Shown: positions 42,858 through 58,925, counted from the first letter of the stretch. The stretch: DNA of 64,000 bases from Eledone cirrhosa (GCA_964016885.1 OZ024743.1:366544001-366608000), one strand, 5' to 3'. The notes: generated from the letters alone by a model not told the origin. Numbers and translations: made by a program.

Positions 42858-43206
42858 GAGGCACATGGCTTAGTGGTTAGAGCATTGGCCTTGCAATCGA
42901 AAGGTTGTGAGTTCAATTCTCAGACCGGGTGATGTGTTGTTTCCTTGAGCAAGACACTTTATTTCACATTGCTCCAGTTTACTCAGCTGTAGAAATGAGA
43001 TGATAGGGACTGGGGTCCATATCATTCCACTGCAAAGTGGTCGTGGAGGTGCCACGGCAAAAAAGCACCCAGCACTCACTGTAAATGAGGTTGGTGTTAG
43101 GAAGGGCATCCAGCCGTAGAAATCAAGCCAGCATCAGTTCCCGTCCCACCCTTGCAAGCAGGGAAAAAGCGGACGTAAAATGAAATGATGATGATGATGA
43201 TGATGA
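42858..43206 (+). mobile_element. tRNA-derived CORE-like SINE with RTE-type 3' end
   Basis: A box tggcttagtgg, B box gagttcaattc, CORE-like ccttgagcaagacactt...ctgtagaaatga. The 3' end cccacccttgcaagcagggaaaaagcggacgtaaaa(tga)n matches the LINE end at 33594-33633. Confidence 0.82.
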
Positions 43207-43208
43207 TT

Positions 43209-43385
<177 letters not shown>

Positions 43386-43466
43386 TTATATATATATATA
43401 TGTTTATATATATTTATATATATTTATATATATATATATGTTTATATATATATATATATTTATATA

Positions 43467-43513
<47 letters not shown>

Positions 43514-43671
43514 GTTTATATATATATATATATATTTATATATAATGTAGGAGGTGAGTTTTATTGTAGTACAATAAAGCAATGCAGATATCGGATAAGA
43601 AGCACTCTACAGTTTGTAGGACTGGAGTATACATAATATAAGATCAAAAGATGGTTAAAGGAGTTCCATGT

Positions 43672-43740
43672 ATTTTATTATGCGCATTTCAAAAACAAAC
43701 ATCATCATGCAATAATATTTGTGTTTTCATCAGATAAAAC
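43672..43740 (-). ncRNA. Type-I hammerhead ribozyme in inverted 5' pseudo-LTR
   Basis: Reverse-complement copy of 48240-48308. Confidence 0.85.
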
Positions 43741-45061
43741 AGGAGAACATGATATGAAGGCTAAAAAACACTTGTGGATAGTGCAGTTTTAAATCAACAT
43801 ATGAAAAGTGGTTTTAGATTGATGTGTGATATTGGGAAAAATATTTTATTTAGAGAGGGGGTGGGGGGTGGAAAGGATGAAAAAGGGGAGGAGATGAGAG
43901 TGAAGGTGGAGAGGGAGAGATGGGTGATAGAGAGAAAGAGATAGTTTTTATAACTGAGAGAAGATATATTGTTTTACATAGAGAGGTTGAAAACCGTTGG
44001 AAGATAATGTATAAATTAAAAGAATTTGAAAATTAACGAAGGAAAAAATATTTTATTTAGGGAGGGGTGGTGGAAAGGATGAAAAAAGGGGAGGAGATGA
44101 GAGTGAAGGTGGAGAGGGAGAGATGGGTGATAGAGAGAAAGAGATAGTTTTTATAACTGAGAAAAGATATATTGTTTTACATAGAGAGGTTGAGAACCGT
44201 TGGAAGATAATGTATAAATTAAAAGAATTTGAAAATTAACGAAGGGAAAAATATGTACGAGGAAAGAGAGGTAGTTTATGTATGAAGATAGAGAGAAAAA
44301 ATAATAATTGCGGATGAATATTCTAACGTCAAAAAGGTGTATGTTGATAAGTATTGTGGCAATTTCAAAATTAACGAAGTGAAAAAATTATTTAGGTTTG
44401 TGTGTAGAAGGATTTGAGAAAAATAATGTGAAGTTAAAGTTTGTATATTGAAGGAATTGATAATATGTGCGAAGAAAGAGTTAATATGTATTAAAAAATT
44501 ATTAAGGTTTGTGTATTAGATGATTTGAGAAAAATAATGTGAAGTTAAGGTTTGTATATTGAAGGAGTTGATAATATGTGCGAAGAAAGAGTTAATATGT
44601 ATTAAGAATGAGTTCGTTGATGGGGAGAAAAAAATAATAAATTAAGGATGAAATTGAGATTAAAAAGTTTTATGATAGAGAGAAAAAATAATAATAATTG
44701 CGGATGAATATTCTAACGTCAAAAAAAACAAATGTATATGTTATGAAGGAATTTACAAGGTGAAGATAGAATGAGGGTAATGAGTAAACAAGTATTATAG
44801 AGTGTATAATGCCCTTTGAAGTAAGGTAGGAAGATGGGTATATTTTAAAGAGGTGTATGTATATGTGCCTTTGAGAAAAGATTCTAAATTGATAAAGAAT
44901 TGAATATTAGCTGTATACTTTGTGAAAAGTCCTATGGAATTTATGCAGGCAGATAGAAAACAAATCTGTACGTCTATTTATTATAGAATCTAGATTAGAG
45001 ATAATGGTAAATTTTTCATTTAGGCAGAGATTACAGATTTTAGATAGAGAGCTGTTCAAGT

Positions 45062-47056
45062 ATGAGGATGCAGAAGAAACCTTCTTCCAAAAAGTATCGT
45101 AAAACCAACCATGAAAATTTAGAATACATAAACCTTGAAGCCTCTGAGATTATGTCAAAACTTGGCATTGAAAAAAAGACCGAACCATTCCTCCCAAGAA
45201 CTCCGAGGATAAATCTCAAGGATCACAAAAACAATTTTCGCACTGAACTACCTGTTAGATTAATCGCCCCCTCTAAATCTGATCTGGGGGTTGTTAATAA
45301 AGCCATCTTGGATAGAATTATCCCACAGGTTAGTTCTAATTGCTCTTCTTTGAACCTAAATTTATGGTTTGGTACTTCTGAAGTGATTGGCTGGTTCAAC
45401 AAATTGGATAATAAAAACAAACTAAAATTTATTCAATTTGATATTGCCAGCTACTATTCCTCCATTTCGCCTTCACTTCTCAATAATGCTCTATCTTTCG
45501 CACTTAAATATTCTGACATCACCACAGATGAACTTCACATCATCCTCACCGCACGTAAAACCATCCTAGAGTTCAACAACGAATATTGGACCAGAGCCGA
45601 TACCTCTAACAACTTCGACATCACAATGGGAGCATCCGATTCATCCCAATTGACTGATTTAATTGGTATATTTATTTTGAACTCTTTGAGTCGGAAAATT
45701 CCTCAACTTCGCGGTGGAATTTATCGTGACGATGGACTCTTTACTATCTTAAATTGCAATATAGTTAACCTTAATATTATTAAGAACAATATACGTAATC
45801 TCTTTAACCAACATAACCTAAAAATTGAATTTGATAATAGTATCAAACTAGCTAATTTCTTGGATGTATCTCTTAATCTTGACACTGGCCTATATTACCC
45901 TTACCATAAAAACAATGAGAACCTAAATTATGTTAACTTTAAATCTAACCATCCTACCAATATCAAGAATGCTATAGTTAGTAATATTGGAAAAAGAATA
46001 TCTAACATATCTTCTAATAAAAACATCTTTGATGCTAACGCCAATTACTATAATAACACACTTTCTAAAGCCGGCTATCCAGATAAAATCAAATATAGTA
46101 AAGAAACAAATTCTAGAAAAACTTACAGTAGAATAATTAATCATGATCATTTCAATAATTTTAATAAAAGACATAGATACAAAAACATAATCTGGTATAA
46201 TGCTCCTTTCTCCATCTCTATTAATAACAATATTCCTAAATTATTTTTTAGTGCCTTAAATAAATGCTTCCCTCCCTCACATATCTATAGTAAAATATTT
46301 AACAAACACACCATCAAATTTTCTTATTCTACATCCTCCAATATTTCCAACATCATCTCTAAACACAACAATAAAATACTAAATACTAAATCTCTTCCTT
46401 CCAACATTGAATTTCATAATAACAGTAATAGTACTCCCGACGTCATTGTAAACCCTAGGCTAACTTCTGTAAACCCAAATACAACGTCAAACACAACTTC
46501 GCTAAATGTTCATAATCCAACTCTAAATCAAGAAACCATTATTCCTATTATTCCTATCGCAAACAACTTCTCCAATCCAATTCCTTCTATAGATAACACT
46601 AGGTCACTCATTAATAATCTCTCTAATTGCAACTGCCGCATTAAAAATAAATGTCCTCTCAACAACCATTGTCTTGATAAAAACTTAATTTATGAATGTA
46701 AAGTTATAACTAGCACCAATTCCTTCACCTATTTTGGCTCCACTTCCACCTCTTTTAAAGCTCGTCTCTATAATCACCATTCATCTTTTAAATACAAACT
46801 TAAAAGAACCAACATGGCTCTCTCAGAACTCATATGGTCCTTGAAAGACAAAAACATTAAATATACCATCTTTTGGAAGAAGGTTTCTTCTGCATCCTCA
46901 TACTTGAACAGCTCTCTATCTAAAATCTGTAATCTCTGCCTAAATGAAAAATTTACCATTATCTCTAATCTAGATTCTATAATAAATAGACGTACAGATT
47001 TGTTTTCTATCTGCCTGCATAAATTCCATAGGACTTTTCACAAAGTATACAGCTAA
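45062..47056 (+). CDS. PLE reverse transcriptase + GIY-YIG endonuclease (N-terminally truncated, otherwise uninterrupted)
   Basis: LKDHK, FIQFDIASYY, TMGA, GGIYRDDGL, NFLDVSL, SNHP, Cys linker CNCRIKNKCPLNNHC, LIYECKV...YFGSTSTSFKARLYNH, CNLC...CLH. Confidence 0.92.
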   Translation: MRMQKKPSSKKYRKTNHENLEYINLEASEIMSKLGIEKKTEPFLPRTPRINLKDHKNNFRTELPVRLIAPSKSDLGVVNKAILDRIIPQVSSNCSSLNLNLWFGTSEVIGWFNKLDNKNKLKFIQFDIASYYSSISPSLLNNALSFALKYSDITTDELHIILTARKTILEFNNEYWTRADTSNNFDITMGASDSSQLTDLIGIFILNSLSRKIPQLRGGIYRDDGLFTILNCNIVNLNIIKNNIRNLFNQHNLKIEFDNSIKLANFLDVSLNLDTGLYYPYHKNNENLNYVNFKSNHPTNIKNAIVSNIGKRISNISSNKNIFDANANYYNNTLSKAGYPDKIKYSKETNSRKTYSRIINHDHFNNFNKRHRYKNIIWYNAPFSISINNNIPKLFFSALNKCFPPSHIYSKIFNKHTIKFSYSTSSNISNIISKHNNKILNTKSLPSNIEFHNNSNSTPDVIVNPRLTSVNPNTTSNTTSLNVHNPTLNQETIIPIIPIANNFSNPIPSIDNTRSLINNLSNCNCRIKNKCPLNNHCLDKNLIYECKVITSTNSFTYFGSTSTSFKARLYNHHSSFKYKLKRTNMALSELIWSLKDKNIKYTIFWKKVSSASSYLNSSLSKICNLCLNEKFTIISNLDSIINRRTDLFSICLHKFHRTFHKVYS

Positions 47057-48239
47057 TATTCAATTCTTTATCAATTTAGAATCTTTTCTCAAAGGCACAT
47101 ATACATACACCTCTTTAAAATATACCCATCTTCCTACCTTACTTCAAAGGGCATTATACACTCTATAATACTTGTTTACTCATTACCCTCATTCTATCTT
47201 CACCTTGTAAATTCCTTCATAACATATACATTTGTTTTTTTTGACGTTAGAATATTCATCCGCAATTATTATTATTTTTTCTCTCTATCATAAAACTTTT
47301 TAATCTCAATTTCATCCTTAATTTATTATTTTTTTCTCCCCATCAACGAACTCATTCTTAATACATATTAACTCTTTCTTCGCACATATTATCAACTCCT
47401 TCAATATACAAACCTTAACTTCACATTATTTTTCTCAAATCATCTAATACACAAACCTTAATAATTTTTTAATACATATTAACTCTTTCTTCGCACATAT
47501 TATCAATTCCTTCAATATACAAACTTTAACTTCACATTATTTTTCTCAAATCCTTCTACACACAAACCTTAATAATTTTTTCTCTTCGTTAATTTTGAAA
47601 TTGCCACAATACTTATCAACATACACCTTTTTGACGTTAGAATATTCATCCGCAATTATTATTTTTTCTCTCTATCTTCATACATAAACTACCTCTCTTT
47701 CCTCGTACATATTTTTCCCTTCGTTAATTTTCAAATTCTTTTAATTTATACATTATCTTCCAACGGTTCTCAACCTCTCTATGTAAAACAATATATCTTT
47801 TCTCAGTTATAAAAACTATCTCTTTCTCTCTATCACCCATCTCTCCCTCTCCACCTTCACTCTCATCTCCTCCCCTTTTTTCATCCTTTCCACCCCCCCT
47901 CCCTAAATAAAATATTTTTTCCTCGTACATATTTTTCCCTTCGTTAATTTTCAAATTCTTTTAATTTATACATTATCTTCCAACGGTTTTCAACCTCTCT
48001 ATGTAAAACAATATATCTTCTCTCAGTTATAAAAACTATCTCTTTCTCTCTATCACCCATCTCTCCCTCTCCACCTTCACTCTCATCTCCTCCCCTTTTT
48101 CATTCTTTCCACCCCCCACCCCCTCTCTAAATAAAATATTTTTCCCAATATCACACATCAATCTAAAACCACTTTTCATATGTTGATTTAAAACTGCACT
48201 ATCCACAAGTGTTTTTTAGCCTTCATATCATGTTCTCCT

Positions 48240-48308
48240 GTTTTATCTGATGAAAACACAAATATTATTGCATGATGATGTTTGTTTTTGAAATGCGCAT
48301 AATAAAAT
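48240..48308 (+). ncRNA. Type-I hammerhead ribozyme in PLE 3' pseudo-LTR
   Basis: gttttat-CTGATGA-aaac...gttttt-GAAA-tgcgca-TA-ataaaat. Palindromic stem III ATGCGCAT, AUA site, 7-bp stem I. Confidence 0.85.
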
Positions 48309-48350
48309 ACATGGAACTCCTTTAACCATCTTTTGATCTTATATTATATT

Positions 48351-48409
<59 letters not shown>

Positions 48410-48411
48410 TT

Positions 48412-49758
48412 ATCATCATCATCATCATCATCAACGTTTAACGTCCGTGTTCCACGCTTGCATGGGTTTGGACGGGGGTAGTCCCACTTGAGGCAAGAGT
48501 GATTGTCTTGCTCGCATAGGACTGTCAGGCAGGTTTTCTACAGTTGGATGCCCTTCCTAACACCAACCACATTTACAGTGTGGGTCTGGGAGGTTTTTAC
48601 CGTGTTGCCTACACGGCCACATTACAGCGTGGACTGTGTGTTTTTTTTTGTCGTGACACCTACACGATCTCATTTGTTTCGGCCTGGATGGCGCGGCACC
48701 AACATAACTTTACATAGAACGGGGTGGTGTGGATGGGGTGGGGGGGGGGGGTATTTTGTTAGAGATGCCTACTGGCTGGAGTAGGTTTTACTATATATTT
48801 AGGTAAGGCGGGTCTTCTCTGTTACTGAGTACCGCCAAAGGTCTCGGTCCAGTGACATTGTCTTGGAGAGGTGTAAGTGTGTGATGTCGGAGTTTATCAG
48901 CTCGTCCCAGGTTTTTCTAGGTCTGCCTATTCCGTGACTACCGTCTATCTTTATTGCCCTGCACTTTGTTATACAGCTATCGACTTTCATGCGCATCACG
49001 TGTCCATACCAACGTAGCCTTCTCTCGAGTAAACAACATCTGATCCCTCTTATCTCTAATTTTTTCCTTAGTTCGTTTATGCTTTGCCGTTCACGTATAT
49101 TTCTGTTACACATCCAGCGGAGCATGCAAGCTTCGTTCCTCTCTAGTCTGCGTATATCCTCTGCACACAATACCCAGGTCTCACTGCCATGCAGCATTGC
49201 TGTTCGTATGCAGGCATCGTACAACCTGCCTTTTATTTTTAGGGAGAACCCTTTAGCAACTAATAGTGGTATAAGCTCTCTGAACTTTTTCCAACCAGTT
49301 CTGACTCTAGCTACAGTACTTTCAGAGCACCCTCCCCCACTGCTGATTTTATCGCCCAGGTAACGGAAGCTGTCCACTATTTCTATAGAACCCTCTGCGC
49401 AATTGAAAGAGCTAGTATTTTGTGGGCACTTGCTGCTACTTATTGCACCAGAACACCAGCCACATGTAAAATCTATGTTCTTAGTTAGCTTACCTGTGAT
49501 CCCACTACATCTTTTATGCACCCATACTTTGCATTTAGGACATAAAATGGAGTTTCTACCTACGCCTTTCCTACACACCGAGCACGACCATTTCCCAGAA
49601 GGGACCGCCGCCTTGTTTTCTTTCCTACAAACTAGAACTTTGGTCTTAGCCGGGTTAATTTTAAGTCCTTTTGACTCTAGGCCGTGCTTCCATGTTTGGA
49701 ATTTCTTCTCTAGCTCGGCCATTGATTCCGCTATGAGTGTCAGGTCGTCTGCGTATAG
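48412..49758 (-). mobile_element. 5'-truncated RTE/RTEX-like LINE
   Basis: ORF 48799-49722 runs from LYADDL to GRPRKTW, with the Cys/His finger. (TGA)n tail at 48412-48432. Confidence 0.92.
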
Positions 49759-49759
49759 G

Positions 49760-51592
<1,833 letters not shown>

Positions 51593-51665
51593 GTTATAGA
51601 ATGCCGTTAGCTTCTTGCTAAAACAATCTCTATACGTCTCATTTATATATTTATATATATATATA

Positions 51666-51810
51666 TATTTCTGAAGACGGCGTATATATGAGTTAGGTAT
51701 GTATATTTAATCTTGATAATTTGTATAATTTTGTATAATTTTGTACATAGATCTGTTAAATATGCATACCAATTATAACACATATATACCCTAGAAACGA
51801 TCGTTAAATA
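51666..51810 (+). ncRNA. Type-I hammerhead with very long stem II
   Basis: tattt-CTGAAGA-[gtatatatg/catatatac and ggtatgtatatttaa/ttaaatatgcatacc hairpin, ~115 nt]-GAAA-cgatcg-TT-aaata. Palindromic stem III ACGATCGT. Confidence 0.72.
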
Positions 51811-51860
51811 GTGAACTTTTTTTGTTTAATATAAGGAATTGTTTGTTCATTATTTGTTTA

Positions 51861-55140
<3,280 letters not shown>

Positions 55141-55340
55141 ATATACGACAATAGAGTATGAGACCGAGCTGGAGCAACCTTATACCTCCAAAGAGAAGTT
55201 GAAATATTGAAATGTTATTGGAGGTCTGTAATGGGGGTGGGTTTAGGTGGTGTGGGTGAACTGGAATTTAAACAGTTTGCACCTTTTTGTCTGTGTATGT
55301 ATGTATGTATGTGTGTAGGTAGGTATGTATATATGTAGGT

Positions 55341-57347
55341 GTGTATGTAGGTATCTCTCTCGCAGAGCCTCCGACACTTGTGGAGGTTGCAGTGGCTATT
55401 TCGAAGCTGAACAGTGGAAGATCTCCAGGTATGGATGGCATACATGCTGAGCTCCTACAATATGGTGGTGAGAGACTCCTGCAACATCTTCACTCTCTGT
55501 TTGGAAGGATATGGGCTAATGAATCCGTGCCTGAGGACTGGAGAGATGCAGTAATGGTGGTCTTGTACAAGGGAAAGGGTAACAGGAATGATTGTGGGAA
55601 CTACAGAGGTATATCATTGCTTTCTGTCGTGGGGAAAGTTTTATGTAGGGTGCTTCTGGACCGTCTGCTGACACACATTGCAGATTGTGTCCTTCCTGAA
55701 AGTCAATCTGGTTTTCGTGTTGGACGCGGCACTACTGATATGATCTTCTCAGCTAGACAGCTCCAGGAGAAGTGCATTGAACAGGGCTTGGATCTGTATC
55801 AGGTTTTTGTCGATCTGACAAAGGCTTTCGATACTGTCAACAGAGATGCATTATGGAAGGTTCTCCAGAAACTTGGTTGCCCTGATAAGTTCCTTGCTTT
55901 AGTTAGGTCTTTCCATGACGACATGAAGGCTTGGGTTAATGTCGGAGGTAACATGTCGGAGCCTATCTCAGTAAAAAATGGAGTGAAACAGGGGGATATT
56001 CCAGCACCGACCCTGTTTGCCATATACTTTGCAATGGTTTTCTGTATTGCATTCAGGAATTGCGAGCATGGTGTTTACATCCGATATCGAACCTCAGGCA
56101 GCATATTTAACATCAGGCGCTTTGCTGCGAAGACAAGGGTATTTACATCAGTCATAAGAGACCTCTTGTATGCAGATGATTGCGATCTTGTAGCGCACAC
56201 AGAGAGTGATATGCAGCACATTTTGAATGTATTTTCTGACGCTTGCACTGCCCTGGGTTTGACTGTCAGTCTCAAGAAAACCGTCATGTACCAACCTGCA
56301 CCTGGTAGGCAGTACACTGAACCAAACATCTATGTGTATGGCAAACGACTTGGAGTGGTTGATCAGTTTGTCTACCTGGGAAGCACTGTCAATCGATACG
56401 GCAACCTTGACGGTGAAATCTCACTTAGGATTAGGAAAGCAAGTGATGCTTTCGGAAAGCTAGAAAGGCGACTCTGGGGTCGGCGAGACATATGCAGGAG
56501 GACAAAGGTAAAGGTGTACAGGGCATGTGTACTCTCTTGTCTTCTTTATGCCTGCGAGACCTGGGTCACATATCGACGCCACCTTAAGCAATTGGAGCGT
56601 TTCCATCAGATGTGTCTCAGACGGATACATGGCGTTCGCTGGAGGGACCACATCAGTGATGTCGAGATTTTGGAAAGCTCTATGTGTGACAGTATAGAAG
56701 CTCTTGTGCTTAAGCAGCGACTCCGTTGGAGTGGTCACCTTGCCAGGATGAAGGATTCTAGAATACCAAAACAACTCTTCTATGGAGAGTTGGTTAAAGG
56801 AAAACGACCGCCACATAAACCAAAAAAGAGGTATAAGGATTCCTTGAAGGCCTCTCTGAGAGACGCTAACATCTCTGCTGATACATGGGAAAATATTGCT
56901 GCTGATCGTAATAAATGGAGAAAGACTGTATATGAGGGAAAAGTTGCCTTTGAGGCATCTCGAATCGCACACGAGAAAGTAAAGCGGGACGTGAGGAAGG
57001 GTATTGCTGTTGCACTTCCAGACGGCGAGGGTCCTCCTATGTTTCTGACATGCAGCGTCTGTGCGAGACTCTGCCTAAGCAAAGCTGGACTCGAAAGTCA
57101 TCTTCGCAGTCATAAAGTAAGACCAGTGGTTGACTACCAGGCTGCTGTTGGAGATGCTACTCATCATGCTTGCCAAACATGTGGTAGAGAATGTAAATCA
57201 GCAGGAGGACTCAAGCGACATGCAAAAGTACATGAACTCCAACCACAGCCGAATATTCCCAGTAAATGTTTTGGTTGCCGACTCTGTGCAAGACATTTTG
57301 GATCATTGGCTGGGCTAAAAAGCCACATTCGATCGCAGCACTGTTAG
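55341..57347 (+). CDS. RTE-BovB-like reverse transcriptase with three C-terminal C2H2 zinc fingers (5'-truncated; the GTG start lies in the flanking repeat)
   Basis: SPGMDGI, GNYRGISLL, ESQSGFR, FVDLTKAFDTV, GVKQGD, LYADD, YLGS, RLRWSGH. Fingers CSVC..HLRSH, CQTC..HAKVH, CRLC..HIRSQH. Confidence 0.88.
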   Translation: MYVGISLAEPPTLVEVAVAISKLNSGRSPGMDGIHAELLQYGGERLLQHLHSLFGRIWANESVPEDWRDAVMVVLYKGKGNRNDCGNYRGISLLSVVGKVLCRVLLDRLLTHIADCVLPESQSGFRVGRGTTDMIFSARQLQEKCIEQGLDLYQVFVDLTKAFDTVNRDALWKVLQKLGCPDKFLALVRSFHDDMKAWVNVGGNMSEPISVKNGVKQGDIPAPTLFAIYFAMVFCIAFRNCEHGVYIRYRTSGSIFNIRRFAAKTRVFTSVIRDLLYADDCDLVAHTESDMQHILNVFSDACTALGLTVSLKKTVMYQPAPGRQYTEPNIYVYGKRLGVVDQFVYLGSTVNRYGNLDGEISLRIRKASDAFGKLERRLWGRRDICRRTKVKVYRACVLSCLLYACETWVTYRRHLKQLERFHQMCLRRIHGVRWRDHISDVEILESSMCDSIEALVLKQRLRWSGHLARMKDSRIPKQLFYGELVKGKRPPHKPKKRYKDSLKASLRDANISADTWENIAADRNKWRKTVYEGKVAFEASRIAHEKVKRDVRKGIAVALPDGEGPPMFLTCSVCARLCLSKAGLESHLRSHKVRPVVDYQAAVGDATHHACQTCGRECKSAGGLKRHAKVHELQPQPNIPSKCFGCRLCARHFGSLAGLKSHIRSQHC

Positions 57348-57464
57348 TTGCTATCGTGTGTTTGTGTGTGTGTGTGTGTAGATATGCTTATGTGCGTGCG
57401 TGTGTGTGTATATATGTATGAATATGTATATTATTATTGTTGTTGTCGTTATTATTATTATTGC

Positions 57465-57558
<94 letters not shown>

Positions 57559-57621
57559 TTTTTTTTTTTTTTTTTTTTTTATTGTGCAATGGCCATACTC
57601 GATAACGAGGGGGCAGCCATC
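55355..57621 (+). mobile_element. 5'-truncated RTE (BovB-like) LINE
   Basis: Uninterrupted RT ORF. The 3' UTR is interrupted by (TG)n and (TTA)n and ends ...gccatactcgataacgagggggcagccatc. Inserted in (GTAT)n. Confidence 0.92.
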
Positions 57622-57825
57622 ATGTAGGTATGTATGTATATATGTAGTTATGTGTATGTATGTATGTATATATGTAGGTATGTATGTGTGTATGTATGTA
57701 GGTATGTGTATGTATGTATATATGTAGATATGTATGTGTGTATGTAGGTATGTGTGTATGTATGTATATATGTAGGTATGTATGTATATATGTAGGTATG
57801 TATGTGTGTATGTAGGTATGTATGT

Positions 57826-58352
57826 GCAACCCCACCAAGGTTTCTTGGTGAGAAGGGTGACTTTGGACATCCTGCAGGACTAAAAACAAAACCTGTCAAA
57901 GGGCAAAGGAGCTCTTAAGAGTCAATGGCCATCCAAAATCACCGGGAGAGATGACCCCTTAGCCTTTGTCAAGGCAGAATTCTAGGAGAAGGAAAACTCT
58001 GATATAACACCTGCAACCCTGATGGTATCCAATGATATTGACTTGTTCTTCTTTTTGGTAAATATCATCTTGTTTAAGAGAGTGGGACTGGCTTTGTGCA
58101 GTGCCTTTGCTCACTATAAAAGCTTCACGGCACAGGCATTGCTTTATATCTGGAGATCTCTCTGCACTTGTCATCACAGGGTACAATGGGCCCAGGACTA
58201 TGTGTCAGTAATTGTCACAAGTGTAGTGTTTGTACCAAAGTTTTTAAGTCGCTGGCTGGACTAAAAAGTCACACTCGTTCAGCGCATCAGTAGGGGTTCT
58301 CCTACATGGATATAAAGTAGTGGCCGTACTCGAAAACGAGTTGGCAGCCACC
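57826..58352 (+). mobile_element. Non-autonomous RTE-related element (longer copy)
   Basis: The 3' ~300 bp match 38986-39293. The 3' terminus ggccgtactcgaaaacgagttggcagccacc resembles the LINE end at 57590-57621. Confidence 0.75.
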
Positions 58353-58479
58353 ATATATATATGTGTGTATGTATATATGTATGTATATATGTATGTATGT
58401 ATATATATGTATGTATGTATGTATATATATATATATATATGTGTGTATATATATATATAAATTATATATATATATATAT

Positions 58480-58748
58480 ATTATTATTATGTAATAAACA
58501 ACATAAGGCAATTATTTCATTTACCAGTGGTTTCTTAAAAGCAAAAGGTTTTGCTTTCAATCCTCAGAATGAAAAAATCCTGGTTTGTTTATTGAATTTG
58601 GATTTTAAAAATCAAGTTTTTTAAATCCAAATTCAATAAACAAACCAGGATTTTTTCATTCTGAGGATTGAAAGCAAAACCTTTTGCTTTTAAGAAACCA
58701 CTGGTAAATGAAATAATTGCCTTATGTTGTTTATTACATAATAATAAT
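58480..58748. repeat. Near-perfect palindrome (~126-bp arms) containing a stem-II-less hammerhead-like core
   Basis: Arms 58480-58605 / ~58622-58748. CTGAGGA-tt-GAAA-gcaaaa-cc-ttttgc-TT at 58661-58689, mirrored on the minus strand. Confidence 0.8.
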
Positions 58749-58892
58749 AATTAAGCTCTGTTGCCTAGATAGAGCACTCTTTTTTTCCTGGACTTTTCCG
58801 GTGGAATTACTTCATTTATATATATATAACAGTTGGGTGCGGATGCATTCATGTATATATGTGTGTGTCCGCATGTATCTGTGTGTTTCTAA

Positions 58893-58925
<33 letters not shown>

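Larger units (their letters stand above)
43546..48349 (+). mobile_element. Young Penelope-like element (Neptune-like) with ~1.46-kb inverted 5' pseudo-LTR and tail
   Basis: Inverted repeat 43633-45092 / 46871-48347, nearly identical. Extra tail 43546-43632 on the left only. Hammerheads in both copies. Flanked by (TA)n. Confidence 0.95.

Noticed and set aside
57430-57580. Poly-Leu/Ile/Tyr/Asn ORFs
   Set aside because: (TTA)n microsatellite within a LINE 3' UTR.
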